Shown: positions 1 to 12,452 of the stretch, one piece after another
How positions within the stretch are numbered: position 1 is the stretch's first letter
How the letters are laid out: the number at the start of each line of letters is the position of its first letter
From: Syntrophomonas sp.
GTDB taxonomy: Bacteria; Bacillota; Syntrophomonadia; Syntrophomonadales; Syntrophomonadaceae
Assembly: GCA_039679855.1 (NCBI GenBank)
Contig: JBDKUE010000111.1
Span: 16,846-80,845 of the forward strand
DNA length: 64,000 nt
Direction: 5' to 3'
Made by a program: the position numbers and the translations under genes
Notes under the pieces: generated by a model
The model's database searches: none
Told to the model about the DNA's origin: nothing
Seen by the model: only the letters and a program-made list of their open reading frames with translations

Positions 1-24
1 TTACCTTTAAGTAGTTTGAGCACT

Positions 25-240
25 CTAATTACTGTCCAGATTCCCTTCTGGATCAGAATTGCGCATGGCTCTGGCTTTTCTGGCCTCTTCTTCTAAATTC
101 CTCAGATACTCATCTTTTCTCTGTTTATAGATGGAGGCTTTTTTCTCAAAACTAATTGTATGCCTCCAAATAATAAATCCGAATACTATGGAGACCAGTA
201 CCACCATAGATATCAATACAAGGAAAGCTTTGGGAAGCAT
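25..240 (-). CDS. small single-pass membrane protein, unknown function (71 aa)
   Basis: ORF with an N-terminal hydrophobic helix (AFLVLISMVVLVSIVFGFIIW) and a Lys/Glu/Arg-rich tail. No family recognised. Confidence 0.35.
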   Translation of the reverse strand: MLPKAFLVLISMVVLVSIVFGFIIWRHTISFEKKASIYKQRKDEYLRNLEEEARKARAMRNSDPEGNLDSN

Positions 241-266
241 CCTATCCCTCCATTCCCCTACATAAT

Positions 267-467
267 CTATTCATCTTCTTGCTGTCTTTGCCAGAGTTCA
301 GCCTGGATCTCCTTTTCCTTTTCCCTTTTCTCCCTAGCTTTTCGTTTGGCTTCCAAGCCCCGTTCTTCTAACTTTTTTGTAGTCTGCCACAAGACAAGAT
401 AAATAAGTCCTTTTACCAAATAATAGACAGCAGTAACTATTATTAACGTCTTTAATATCGGATTCAT
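267..467 (-). CDS. small single-pass membrane protein, unknown function (66 aa)
   Basis: Same architecture as the 25-240 ORF: a TM helix (LIIVTAVYYLVKGLIYLVLW) then a KE-rich tail. It lies directly downstream of atpC. Confidence 0.35.
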   Translation of the reverse strand: MNPILKTLIIVTAVYYLVKGLIYLVLWQTTKKLEERGLEAKRKAREKREKEKEIQAELWQRQQEDE

Positions 468-531
468 TCTCTTCTACCTTTATAACTCCTCTCCTCTCAT
501 TATATTACCATCACAGGTTAATTTCTAGTAC

Positions 532-561
532 AAAGCCGGAAGGCCTTAACCTTCCGGCTTT
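532..561 (-). terminator. stem-loop terminator after the atp operon
   Basis: Perfect 12-bp stem AAAGCCGGAAGG / CCTTCCGGCTTT with a 6-nt loop, 22 nt after the atpC stop. The U tract on the minus strand is weak. Confidence 0.5.
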
Positions 562-582
562 GTTACTTACTCATTTTTGTTC

Positions 583-993
583 TTATTTTCCTTCTGAGGC
601 TCTTATTCTGGCTATAGCTCTCTGTAAAGCCATTTGAGCTCTGGCTAAATTGATATCCTCGGTACGTTGTTGTATACGCCTTTCCGCTCTTTCCTTGGCG
701 GCTTTAGCACGCAGTACATCCACGTCCTCGCCTCGTTCAGCGGTCTCGGCCAGTACTCTGGCTACATTATCAACGATTTCCAGAAATCCTCCACTCATTG
801 CCATTCTGCGGAACTCACCGCGCTGGTCTTTATAGCGAAGAACTCCAACTTTCAAGGATGCAACCAGGGGAGCATGGTTTTTCAAAACTCCCAATTCACC
901 TTCCGCACCGGGAACCACCAGAAACTCGATCTCATCTTTAAAAAGAATCTGTTCTGGAGTTACGATTTCTAGCATGAAGGTGTTGTCTGCCAT
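583..993 (-). CDS. atpC: F1 ATP synthase epsilon subunit
   Basis: 136 aa, last gene of the atp operon. Typical N-terminal beta-sandwich sequence (LEIVTPE...VVPGAEGELGVL) and C-terminal helical hairpin. Confidence 0.95.
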   Translation of the reverse strand: MADNTFMLEIVTPEQILFKDEIEFLVVPGAEGELGVLKNHAPLVASLKVGVLRYKDQRGEFRRMAMSGGFLEIVDNVARVLAETAERGEDVDVLRAKAAKERAERRIQQRTEDINLARAQMALQRAIARIRASEGK

Positions 994-996
994 AGG

Positions 997-2442
<1,446 letters not shown>

Positions 2443-2471
2443 TTATTGAAAGAATTGGATATAAAATCTTC

Positions 2472-3347
2472 TTACTTCTTCAATGCTTCGGCGCCACCGA
2501 CGATGTCGAGAATTTCGTCTGTTATAGCAGCCTGTCTGATTTTGTTCATCGCCAGAGTTAAGTTGTCGATCATCTCGCCTGCATTGGAGGTGGCATTGCC
2601 CATGGCTGTCATTCGCGCACCATGCTCACTGGCTTTTCCTTCCAGCATAGCGTTGTAGATCTGGCTGCCCACATACCTGGGTAAGAGGGAGACAAGGATG
2701 TCTTCGGCACTAGGCTCGTAGATATAATCCACGACATGCTCCTCACTAGTTCCGTCAGCCTTGGGGGTTTCCAAGGGTAGGAGCTTAACAACGGTCGGAA
2801 TCTGCCTCAAGACATTGACGAATTTGGCATAAACCAAATACACCTCATCCAATTCCTCGTTCTCATAGGCATTAATAACATACTGGGCAACTTCCCTGGC
2901 ATCTGCATAGCTGATATTATCGCCCAGTGCAATGAATTCAGCATCAACCGGACCGCGTTTGCGGTAGAAGTCCCTGCTTTTTCTGCCTACTGCGATAATA
3001 CCTTCATCTAACTTGCGCTCATCTTCTCCCATAGCATGGTTTGCAGCCCGGATAATATTCGTATTGTAAGCACCGCACAAACCACGATCAGCGGTTACTA
3101 CAATATATCCAACTTTGCGCACTTCCTCGCGCACTTCCAGCAGGGGATGGCGAACATCGAACGCCACCGAGGCCAGACGGGCCACAGTACCACGCAGTGT
3201 CTCATTATAAGGCCGAGAAGATTCCGCCTTTTCCTGGGCTCGACGCAGCTTGGCGGCAGCCACCATTTTCATGGCTTTGGTGATCTGCTGCGTATTCTTA
3301 ACGCTGCGTATTCTGCGTTTGTAATCTCTTACACCTGCACCTGCCAT
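2472..3347 (-). CDS. atpG: F1 ATP synthase gamma subunit
   Basis: 291 aa with a conserved N-terminus (IKRRIRSVKNTQQITKAMKMVAAAKLRRAQ) and a conserved C-terminal ITxEIxEIVGGAEAL. Confidence 0.97.
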   Translation of the reverse strand: MAGAGVRDYKRRIRSVKNTQQITKAMKMVAAAKLRRAQEKAESSRPYNETLRGTVARLASVAFDVRHPLLEVREEVRKVGYIVVTADRGLCGAYNTNIIRAANHAMGEDERKLDEGIIAVGRKSRDFYRKRGPVDAEFIALGDNISYADAREVAQYVINAYENEELDEVYLVYAKFVNVLRQIPTVVKLLPLETPKADGTSEEHVVDYIYEPSAEDILVSLLPRYVGSQIYNAMLEGKASEHGARMTAMGNATSNAGEMIDNLTLAMNKIRQAAITDEILDIVGGAEALKK

Positions 3348-3359
3348 TTATTTCACCAC

Positions 3360-4871
<1,512 letters not shown>

Positions 4872-4892
4872 TTATGTGCTCACCCCTATCGC

Positions 4893-5441
4893 TTAACTTA
4901 TCTTAATTTTTTTCAGTTGTTCTTTGAGCATTTCCAGTCTCTTAGCTACGGTTGCGTCGATTATTCGGTCGCCTATGCGTAGTTTTACGCCTCCGATCAA
5001 CGACTCATCAACAACCTGCTGAAGTTGCACAACCTTACCGGTTGATGCAGACAACTTGCCAGCTAGAGCCTGAACCTCATCACTGGGGATCTCTTTGGCA
5101 GAGATCAAATCAGCCTTGGTGATGTTGTTTGACTCGTCTGCCATAGCTTTATACTCGTCAACAATCACTTCCAGATAACCTTCCCTGCGCTTATCAATGA
5201 GCATACACACAAAATTGAGGGTTAACTGGGATATCTGGCCCGCAAAGACTTTGTTGATGACTTCCTTTTTGTCCTTGGCAGGAATTAAAAGATGTTCTAA
5301 ATAGCTTTTAAATTCCGGCACTTCTCCTATAGCTACTACAACTTTTTCCATTTCGGTCTGGAATTCATCAATCTTTTCGGACTCCTGGGCAAGGCTGAAT
5401 AGCGCTTCGGCATAGCGCCTAGCGACGCTCTTATTTAGCAT
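4893..5441 (-). CDS. atpH: F1 ATP synthase delta (OSCP) subunit
   Basis: 182 aa with an OSCP-like sequence (VARRYAEALF...). It overlaps the atpF stop by 7 nt. Confidence 0.9.
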   Translation of the reverse strand: MLNKSVARRYAEALFSLAQESEKIDEFQTEMEKVVVAIGEVPEFKSYLEHLLIPAKDKKEVINKVFAGQISQLTLNFVCMLIDKRREGYLEVIVDEYKAMADESNNITKADLISAKEIPSDEVQALAGKLSASTGKVVQLQQVVDESLIGGVKLRIGDRIIDATVAKRLEMLKEQLKKIKIS

Positions 5442-6064
5442 AGTAAATCGCCCGCCTCATTAACAAATTGTTTCACCATAGTTTTGTGATCGTCTTCAGT
5501 AATGGCCCGGCCCAGAACTTTTTCTGCGGCGAACATAGCCAGACTGGCAGCGGTGTCTTTCAACTCAGCCTTGGCGGCTTCAGTTGCAGCTGCAATTTCA
5601 GCAGTAGCTTTGTTCTTGATGCCGCTTGCGTCTTCCTTGGCTTTGCCGATGATCTCGTTCTTGGCATCGTCGGCGGCCTTGGTCGCCCGGGCTACGATTT
5701 CCTGGGCTTCCCGGCGGGAATCGGCAAGATTGGCCTGGGTTTCTTTTCTCATCTCTTCTACTTCAGCTTTAACCTCTTCGGCATGCTTCAGAGAGCTCTC
5801 GATGGTGGTGGTGCGCTGCTCCAACATTGAGTTGATGGGTCCATACCCAAACTTATAGATCAACGAAAGGAGGATCAAGAAGTTCACCAGCGACCAGCCA
5901 ATAACATATAAATTCGGGAATAATGGCGGTTTTCCAGCGGGTTGATGAAGCGCCGACTGTGCTCCGCCTGCTGCTTCTGATGCCATGCAGAGGGTTGCAA
6001 ATCCCAGTACCATTATCATGGCCAGTATAACTACTGCCACAACTTGTCTCTTCTTTATTGTCAC
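5435..6064 (-). CDS. atpF: Fo ATP synthase b subunit with a ~45-aa N-terminal extension
   Basis: 209 aa. A TM segment (WSLVNFLILLSLIYKF) is followed by a long charged helix. GTG start with GGAGGT 9 nt upstream. An extra N-terminal hydrophobic segment precedes the canonical TM. Confidence 0.85.
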   Translation of the reverse strand: MTIKKRQVVAVVILAMIMVLGFATLCMASEAAGGAQSALHQPAGKPPLFPNLYVIGWSLVNFLILLSLIYKFGYGPINSMLEQRTTTIESSLKHAEEVKAEVEEMRKETQANLADSRREAQEIVARATKAADDAKNEIIGKAKEDASGIKNKATAEIAAATEAAKAELKDTAASLAMFAAEKVLGRAITEDDHKTMVKQFVNEAGDLLC

Positions 6065-6100
6065 GGATGTGCTACCTCCAATCTTGTGCCAAAATATTTG

Positions 6101-6133
6101 GGGCGATAGGGCGTTTTATTTGCCCTATCGCCC
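6101..6133 (-). promoter_or_regulatory. intra-operon stem-loop between atpE and atpF
   Basis: Perfect 12-bp GC-rich stem GGGCGATAGGGC / GCCCTATCGCCC with a 9-nt loop in the 106-nt atpE-atpF spacer. Confidence 0.5.
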
Positions 6134-6170
6134 GCAAATCTCAGCATTTGTGTTTTACAAGAGAATTTTG

Positions 6171-6401
6171 TTAAGCCGTAATTTTGCTGACCAGCATAAA
6201 CGCAATCAGCAGACCGTAAATAGTCAGGGTTTCAATAAAAGCCAGGGTAATGAACAGAAGAGTTCTTACATCCCCTCCGACTTCGGGTTGCCGCGCGATT
6301 GCTTCGAAAGCCTTACCTCCGGCTACTCCCATTCCTATACCACCACCGATACCGGCGATAGATACAGCCAGACCAGCACCTAATGCTATCGTACTGCCCA
6401 T
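6171..6401 (-). CDS. atpE: Fo ATP synthase c subunit
   Basis: Gly-rich helix 1 ([13 protein letters not shown]), loop ARQPE and a helix-2 carboxylate ([11 protein letters not shown]). Start placed at the internal ATG preceded by AGGAGGG; the track ORF's upstream TTG at 6425 contains that RBS. Confidence 0.9.
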   Translation of the reverse strand: MGSTIALGAGLAVSIAGIGGGIGMGVAGGKAFEAIARQPEVGGDVRTLLFITLAFIETLTIYGLLIAFMLVSKITA

Positions 6402-6463
6402 CTTTTTCCCTCCTTTCCCGCTCAAAAATGTATCTTTGAGCCTAAAATTTCATTGAACTGAAT

Positions 6464-7147
6464 TTAATGACCATGTCCTGCCGCGGCTGCGATGTAGCTA
6501 GATGACAGGATTGTAAACACTATTGCCTGAATGGCTCCTAGCAATAAGCTAAGGCCCATGATTAGAGATGGTACTACGAATGGCGCCATAAACAGTAAGA
6601 ATGCTATAACCATTTCTTCACCGAATATGTTCCCGAAAAGACGGACGGTGAGGGACAACGGGTGTGCCACTTCTTCAATCAGGTTCAATGGCAACATTGC
6701 AACACTTGGGCTGACAAAATGCCCGAGGTAGTGTGCTCCGTGTTCTGAAAAACCGGCGATGTGAACCGAGAAAAAGGTGACCAGTGCGAGAGTCATCGTA
6801 ACGTTCCAGTTGCTGGTAGGCGGTTGGTAACCCGCAACATGAGCTGCTCCCGGGATAAGACCGCTGTAGTTACTGATTAGAATAAAGAGGAAGAATGTTG
6901 TAAGCACCGGAGCCCATTTCTTGGCTACGTGCTCTTCTTCCATCAATTGAGTGAAAAAGTCGTAGGTAAATACTATTGCTGCTTCCCAAACATTTTGCAG
7001 GCCCCGTGGTACTACCTGCATGTTACGGGTGGCCGCAAATGCAAATATCCCAATCAACGCTATGATTGCCCATTCGGTTACCACCAGGTGGTCTACGTTA
7101 ATCGACCCAATCTTGAATAACGCTTCGTCCCACATTCCAAAGATCAT
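6464..7147 (-). CDS. atpB: Fo ATP synthase a subunit
   Basis: 227 aa polytopic protein with the conserved Arg region LTVRLFGNIFGEE. Confidence 0.95.
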   Translation of the reverse strand: MIFGMWDEALFKIGSINVDHLVVTEWAIIALIGIFAFAATRNMQVVPRGLQNVWEAAIVFTYDFFTQLMEEEHVAKKWAPVLTTFFLFILISNYSGLIPGAAHVAGYQPPTSNWNVTMTLALVTFFSVHIAGFSEHGAHYLGHFVSPSVAMLPLNLIEEVAHPLSLTVRLFGNIFGEEMVIAFLLFMAPFVVPSLIMGLSLLLGAIQAIVFTILSSSYIAAAAGHGH

Positions 7148-7304
7148 TTGCTTTATCCCCCCTTCCCTAATGGATTTTATCCTGAGTTTTGCGCTAAAGG
7201 GAAACAGATTGCTCCCAAAGGAGCACAGACCAATATGGATAACCGGACGTTGTCTCCCGGTTACATATGCCAGGAAAGAATATACGTTCTAAACCGCACG
7301 AGGA

Positions 7305-7526
7305 TTATTTTCGACTTTGTCCATTAACCCTGTCCCACATTACTTTGATGGCTGTAGCAACCCCCAACAGAGCGCCAACTAGAGTGAGCCAGGGACTTGT
7401 GTGGTATCTACCGTCCAGCCAATAACCAAGATAACCGCATCCACCTACTGCCGCAGCTATAGTAGTCACCAGGTTTACCGCATCAGCAAGTGCTTTAGCC
7501 CAGTTCTTGGGTTTTCTTTCCGCCAT
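7305..7526 (-). CDS. AtpZ/AtpI-family small membrane protein, first gene of the atp operon
   Basis: 73 aa with two TM helices, in the position upstream of atpB typical of Firmicute atp operons. Confidence 0.7.
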   Translation of the reverse strand: MAERKPKNWAKALADAVNLVTTIAAAVGGCGYLGYWLDGRYHTSPWLTLVGALLGVATAIKVMWDRVNGQSRK

Positions 7527-7731
7527 TACCTCCCACCTTTGACTTGGTCCCGAACCTAATCCCTCTTGTCATATTCGTCACAAACAAGCAAAATCCTTTT
7601 TTAACCCCGGCAAATTTTTTGCCCGTCTTCGGCCCCTTTTGCCAAATAAATCCGGAAATAACGGGAGTTTCACTTATAAGAACTCTAAGACAAAAAATAC
7701 TTTTTATCTTCTAAACCGACAAGGTAAATAC

Positions 7732-7760
7732 ATTCTACCCCTTGAAGCAAAATCCTTCAA
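7732..7760 (-). promoter_or_regulatory. candidate sigma-A promoter of the atp operon
   Basis: Minus strand reads TTGAAG, 17 nt, TAGAAT in the AT-rich spacer about 200 nt upstream of atpZ. Confidence 0.35.
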
Positions 7761-7824
7761 AACTACAAAATTTATTATTTACAAAATTACATATCGATTC
7801 TGGCTCTTCCTGAAAATGGACTTG

Positions 7825-8241
7825 AGTACTCTGTTAATCCTGATTCTGTGTATCACTCGTCGAGGGAAATTTTTGTAGAACAAGGCGGGTGGTCGCTCCT
7901 TGCCATCCTGGCACCGCGACATTAACCCGTCACTGGGCGTCAGCTCCTTGGCCTCCTGCCACCGGGTGGCTCTTTCGCCGTCCTGGCGACCACCACATTA
8001 GCCCATCACTGGGCGTCACAGCTCTTTGCCATCCTGGCATCGCTGCACTAGACCGTCCATGGTCGTCGCCACCATTAGCCCGTCAGTGGGCGTCTCACGG
8101 CTCCTTGCCGTCCTGGCACCGCCGTATTAGCCCGTCAGTGGGCGTCAATGAGTAATACTGGACGTATTGCTACCCACGACAACGCAGTGCTGCGAAGATT
8201 TAACCGACGATAATATATAGAATTAGGGTTCACAGAGTACT
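7825..8241 (+). mobile_element. MITE-like palindromic element, copy A (expanded, 417 bp)
   Basis: Terminal inverted repeats AGTACTCTGTTAATCCTGATTCTGTGTAT ... ATATATAGAATTAGGGTTCACAGAGTACT. About 90% identical to copy C outside the amplified core. No ORF of its own. Confidence 0.8.
7895..8147 (+). repeat. tandem array of about 4-5 units of ~48-52 bp inside copy A
   Basis: Unit GCTCCTTGCCGTCCTGGCACCGCCGTATTAGCCCGTCAGTGGGCGTCA, repeated head to tail with partial and degenerate units. Copies B and C carry a single unit. Confidence 0.85.
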
Positions 8242-8244
8242 ATA

Positions 8245-8556
8245 TTATTTAGACAAATAACCCTTTTGTTCTAATTTAACCAGGTGCTCCTGAACCATCA
8301 AAGAGAGATCTATGCCGTGCTGTTCTTCCATTACGAACATCATGGTAACTGCCGTTTGGGCCACATCGAGAAGCTCTCGGGCAATTTCCTTCACAACCAG
8401 CTCTTCATCCAGTACAATTCTTTCTCCGCTTAAACCCCGGTACTTGCCGATTACCTGGGCCAGCTCCCCGGCTTCTTCCATCAATTTCAAAGCAGTTGAT
8501 TCCAGGGTGGGGTTGAGGCGGTTTAAGCGCGGCAAAGCTAGATTTTTGGTATCCAT
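8245..8556 (-). CDS. MazG-like nucleotide pyrophosphohydrolase family protein
   Basis: About 103 aa all-helical protein with an EExGE-type motif (LMEEAGELAQ). Start set at the internal ATG; the alternative TTG at 8586 would overlap the upstream gene. Confidence 0.55.
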   Translation of the reverse strand: MDTKNLALPRLNRLNPTLESTALKLMEEAGELAQVIGKYRGLSGERIVLDEELVVKEIARELLDVAQTAVTMMFVMEEQHGIDLSLMVQEHLVKLEQKGYLSK

Positions 8557-8563
8557 AATTATG

Positions 8564-9025
8564 CTACCCCATATTTCGTTTTTCAATTATAGTTATACCC
8601 GCTTCTTCCATCAACTCCAGGGCCAGGGTATCCTCAAAATTGCCCCGATGGACAACTTTGACTATACCCGCGTTGATGATCATTCGGGCGCAGATAATAC
8701 ATGGTTGGTTGGTGCAATATATAACCGAATGCTGTGTTGCGATTCCATAAAAAGCAGCATTGATTATGGCATTTTGTTCGGCATGCACACCCCGGCACAA
8801 TTCATACCGGTGCCCCGAAGGAATCTGTCTTTCCTCCCGCAGACAGCCGGTGTCAAGGCAGTGCTTTAAGCCCCGGGGGGCGCCGTTGTATCCGGTGGAT
8901 ATTATGCGCTCATTCCTCACCAGAACCGCGCCTACGTGCCTCCTCAAGCAGGTGGAACGGGTGGCCACCAGATCGGCCAACTGGAGAAAGTAATCATCCC
9001 AGCCCGGCCTAACAATTTGCTTCAT
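8564..9025 (-). CDS. dCMP (deoxycytidylate) deaminase, ComEB-type
   Basis: 153 aa with zinc motifs HAEQNAI and PCxxCA (TNQPCIICARMI). Confidence 0.9.
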   Translation of the reverse strand: MKQIVRPGWDDYFLQLADLVATRSTCLRRHVGAVLVRNERIISTGYNGAPRGLKHCLDTGCLREERQIPSGHRYELCRGVHAEQNAIINAAFYGIATQHSVIYCTNQPCIICARMIINAGIVKVVHRGNFEDTLALELMEEAGITIIEKRNMG

Positions 9026-9043
9026 AACCGGCTTCCTCCTGCA

Positions 9044-10294
9044 CTACTCGTTATACAGGGGATATTTGTCGCACAGGGTCTTGACTATAGCCCGGGCTTC
9101 ATCCAGCCTGGCCTCACTATTCGGGTTATCCAGAGCTATGGCAATGGCTGTGCCCATATTCTTCATATCGGGAACCTTTAGCCCTCGGCTGGTTATGGCC
9201 GGAGTGCCGATCCTGATGCCGCTGGTTACCATAGGCTTTTCGGGATCAAAGGGAATAGTGTTTTTGTTAACCGTGATATTGACCACGTCCAGGATAGCCT
9301 GGGCTTCTTTGCCGGTCAAGCCTTTGGGACGTACATCCACCAGCATCAGGTGATTATCGGTTCCACCGGAGACCAGGCGCAGGCCGTTTTCCACCAACGA
9401 CTGGGCCAGGGCAGCGGCGTTGTCAACAATCTGCTTCTGATATCGCTTGAAGTCCTCAGACAAGGCTTCTTTAAAACATACGGCCTTGGCAGCAATAACA
9501 TGCATCAGTGGCCCTCCCTGAATTCCGGGAAAAACCGCGCTATCAATCTTGCGCGCCCATTCTTCGGAACAGATTATCAGTCCACCTCTGGGTCCGCGCA
9601 GGGTTTTATGAGTAGTGGTAGTGGTAAAGTGGGCATAAGGAACTGGACTGGGATGCAGACCGGTGGCCACCAACCCGGCTATGTGAGCCATGTCTACCAT
9701 GAGATAAGCTCCAACTTTATCGGCTATTTCACGAAATCGTTTAAAGTCAATGATCCTGGGGTAGGCGCTGGCACCGGCCACAATCATGCGGGGGCGCACT
9801 TCTAGCACCAGCTCTTCAACCTTATCATAGTCAATCGTTTCGCTCTCAGCACTGACTCCGTATTCCATAAAACGGAAATAGCGCCCTGATATATTGGCCT
9901 TGCTACCGTGGGTCAGGTGCCCCCCGTGGTTTAGATTCATTCCCAGAACCGTATCGCCGGGATCAAGAGCCGCAAAATAAACGGCGGTATTGGCCTGGGC
10001 TCCTGAATGGGGTTGAACATTAACATGCTCGCAGGAAAAAAGCTGTTTGGCCCTTTCCCTGGCCAGATCCTCAGCTACATCTACATAATCACATCCGCCA
10101 TAATAGCGCTTGCCAGGATAACCCTCGGCATATTTATTGGTCATCACGCATCCCTGAGCGGCCATTACCGCCCTTGATACAAAGTTTTCCGATGCAATTA
10201 ATTCCAGGTTGTTGTTCTGCCTTTTCTCTTCCTTAGAAATGGCATCGGCGATCTCCGGATCTACGGCTCGCACATATTTTTCGATATAATCCAC
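9044..10294 (-). CDS. glyA: serine hydroxymethyltransferase
   Basis: PLP-lysine motif [14 protein letters not shown]. Start moved to GTG at 10294, 8 nt after GAGGAG and 4 nt after the rpiB stop; the track's TTG at 10330 overlaps rpiB. Confidence 0.95.
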   Translation of the reverse strand: MDYIEKYVRAVDPEIADAISKEEKRQNNNLELIASENFVSRAVMAAQGCVMTNKYAEGYPGKRYYGGCDYVDVAEDLARERAKQLFSCEHVNVQPHSGAQANTAVYFAALDPGDTVLGMNLNHGGHLTHGSKANISGRYFRFMEYGVSAESETIDYDKVEELVLEVRPRMIVAGASAYPRIIDFKRFREIADKVGAYLMVDMAHIAGLVATGLHPSPVPYAHFTTTTTHKTLRGPRGGLIICSEEWARKIDSAVFPGIQGGPLMHVIAAKAVCFKEALSEDFKRYQKQIVDNAAALAQSLVENGLRLVSGGTDNHLMLVDVRPKGLTGKEAQAILDVVNITVNKNTIPFDPEKPMVTSGIRIGTPAITSRGLKVPDMKNMGTAIAIALDNPNSEARLDEARAIVKTLCDKYPLYNE

Positions 10295-10298
10295 TACC

Positions 10299-10748
10299 TT
10301 AGCTCCTCTCGAATTTTTTTTCGATAGCAAATATCTTTTCTATTCTGGCCTGGTGTCTACCTCCCTCAAATTCGGTTTCTAAAAAATTTCTTAATATTTC
10401 CCAGGCCAGTTCCGGCGCGGTGATTCTCGAGCCCAGGGCCAGGATGTTGGCGTCGTTATGCTGCCTGGCCAGGCGCGCCGTATAGAGATTTTGGCACACC
10501 GCAGCCCTTATCCCCGGTACTTTATTGGCGGAAATAGATATGCCAATACCGGTGCCGCAAACCAGTACCCCGGGTATATGATCTTTTAAAACGCTTTCAG
10601 CCACTTTTAGGGCTATGTCCGGATAATCAACCGAATCGGTTGAAAAGGTGCCACAGTCTATCGGCGCATGCCCCTGGGCCTGCAAACACGATATCAGGTA
10701 ATTTTTAAGCGCATAACCGGCATGATCGCTGCCGATCACCAATTTCAT
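10299..10748 (-). CDS. rpiB: ribose-5-phosphate isomerase B
   Basis: 149 aa RpiB/LacAB family protein ([20 protein letters not shown]). Confidence 0.93.
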   Translation of the reverse strand: MKLVIGSDHAGYALKNYLISCLQAQGHAPIDCGTFSTDSVDYPDIALKVAESVLKDHIPGVLVCGTGIGISISANKVPGIRAAVCQNLYTARLARQHNDANILALGSRITAPELAWEILRNFLETEFEGGRHQARIEKIFAIEKKFERS

Positions 10749-11230
10749 ATCTGTTCCCCCATTGCCGTTTTTTGCAGTCTTAACCGCTCGACTATTTCCT
10801 CAATCAATTCTTTTAGCTGCTCTGCAGTTCTCATGTAAACTTTAACCCCGGCTCCATACGGATCCACTATATCGATTGAACCATTACCGGCAAATTCGGT
10901 CAATGTGAAGATTACCAGTCTTTTCTGGGGATACAGATCCTTGAGCTGTCGGGATTGAGAGTCGGTCATGGCCAGTATGAGGTCTGCTTCCTGCAACAGA
11001 CTAACTTCCAATACCCTGGTGCGGTGCTGGGAAATGTCAATCCCATAACTTTTCATAGCTTTAAGCGCTTCGGGTGATGCCGGCTGCCCGGGAACAGCCC
11101 AAAGTCCGGCTGACCATACCTCAACTTCCTGCAGCCCGGTACCTCGGTCCTGGGTGAGTGCCTTGCGCAGCAAAGCCTGGGCCATAGGGCTCCGGCAGGT
11201 ATTTCCCGAACACACGAAAAGGATCCTCAC
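10745..11230 (-). CDS. low-molecular-weight protein tyrosine/arginine phosphatase (YwlE-like)
   Basis: CX5R(S) P-loop VCSGNTCRSPMA at the N-terminus, DP loop (VDPYG), GTG start after GAAGGAG. Confidence 0.9.
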   Translation of the reverse strand: MRILFVCSGNTCRSPMAQALLRKALTQDRGTGLQEVEVWSAGLWAVPGQPASPEALKAMKSYGIDISQHRTRVLEVSLLQEADLILAMTDSQSRQLKDLYPQKRLVIFTLTEFAGNGSIDIVDPYGAGVKVYMRTAEQLKELIEEIVERLRLQKTAMGEQI

Positions 11231-11441
11231 TGCTCTTCTCCTTCATGAAAAATTGTCCTGGCAGGCCATTACCTGCATTTGTGTCCTTATATAATAAATT
11301 AAGAAAAATCATTGTTAATACGAAATGTGGTCAAAAATGTCGGCAACCTAAAGTTACCCAAAGAGAACCTGCCTGTCAAGGCGTGACGAACAGGGCTGTT
11401 TATATTTTATCGAGAATGATCAATTTCAATCAGGGTGGTAG

Positions 11442-12452
11442 TTAGGGGCCGGGTCTATTAGCAGCAGCGGCTGCATATATTCTATCGATTATCGATAATG
11501 CTATTCCCCCCGGATTATAAGGAAGGGGAGTAAACAGCAACGTATTCAAGTTTTGTTGTTCTGCCTGCCTGAGAATCGTGTATATTCCACTCGATCCCTT
11601 TTTCAAACTCACATTATAAGTAGTGATGTTCCCGGCCGTTTTAGGGTCAATAGACGGCTCAGGCATATAGTCATTATATACTATTCCTACTCTCCCACCA
11701 GATTCAACCAACTTATGCAAAAGAGTTAGAAATTCTTCTTCATTCTTACTGGTCAATACCGGAATGCCTATTTTATAGTGTTCGGTTTCAGCCTGGCTCT
11801 GCGCGACAACCCTTACCTTTTTTTCCAACAAATCTTCAATTTCCTCAACCGTAACACCGCCCAGACGAAGTAGGCAATAATTGGGGCTGCTGAGATCGAG
11901 CACCGTACTCTCCAATCCAGAGCCAGTAGGTCCTGAATCCAGAACAACACTGACGCGCTCGTCCAGATCAGCTTTTACGTCATCGACCGTTACTGGACTG
12001 GGACGTCCAGACAAATTGGCACTGGTGGCTGCCAGAGGTCCGCTGAAATCAATTAGCAACCTGGCCACCGGATGGGATGGCATGCGAAGACCAACCGTGG
12101 GGCTGCCCCCCCGGACAATTTCAGGTACACTTGCTCGGGCTGGTAAAATCAGCGATAGGGGGCCCGGCCAACAGGCTTCGGCCAGCCGCCTGGCTTCGGG
12201 AGGAAAGGTGAGGACCATGTCCAGGGCCTGTTCAAACCGGCTGATGTGCACCAGAAGGGGGCTTTTAGGAGGTCTTTCCTTGGCGGCAAAGATTTTACCC
12301 ACGGCGGCCGGTGATTGTACCAGGGCCCCCACTCCGTAAACCGTCTCGGTCGGGAAAACCACCAATTCCTCCTGATTCAAATAATGGACCGCCTTTTTGA
12401 TCACATTCAGGTCAGGATTCTCGGGATCAATTCTCAAATAATGCGTTTTCAT
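11442..12452 (-). CDS. tsaC: L-threonylcarbamoyladenylate synthase (Sua5/YwlC type, YrdC + Sua5 domains)
   Basis: 336 aa with the YrdC-domain sequence VVFPTETVYGVGA ... ATSANLSGRPSP plus a C-terminal Sua5 domain. ywlC-like synteny. Confidence 0.9.
   Translation of the reverse strand: MKTHYLRIDPENPDLNVIKKAVHYLNQEELVVFPTETVYGVGALVQSPAAVGKIFAAKERPPKSPLLVHISRFEQALDMVLTFPPEARRLAEACWPGPLSLILPARASVPEIVRGGSPTVGLRMPSHPVARLLIDFSGPLAATSANLSGRPSPVTVDDVKADLDERVSVVLDSGPTGSGLESTVLDLSSPNYCLLRLGGVTVEEIEDLLEKKVRVVAQSQAETEHYKIGIPVLTSKNEEEFLTLLHKLVESGGRVGIVYNDYMPEPSIDPKTAGNITTYNVSLKKGSSGIYTILRQAEQQNLNTLLFTPLPYNPGGIALSIIDRIYAAAAANRPGP

Noticed and set aside
7895-8147. Possible CRISPR array
   Set aside because: The repeats are contiguous with no unique spacers, and the units are degenerate and partly truncated. 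The array is embedded between terminal inverted repeats of a dispersed element. No cas genes are in the window.
7889-8155. 88-aa plus-strand ORF rich in Pro/Trp/His (MVAPCHPGTATLTRHWASAPWPP...)
   Set aside because: It is generated entirely by the tandem core repeats of element copy A. The periodic peptide simply mirrors the DNA repeat, there is no RBS, and equivalent ORFs are absent from single-unit copies.
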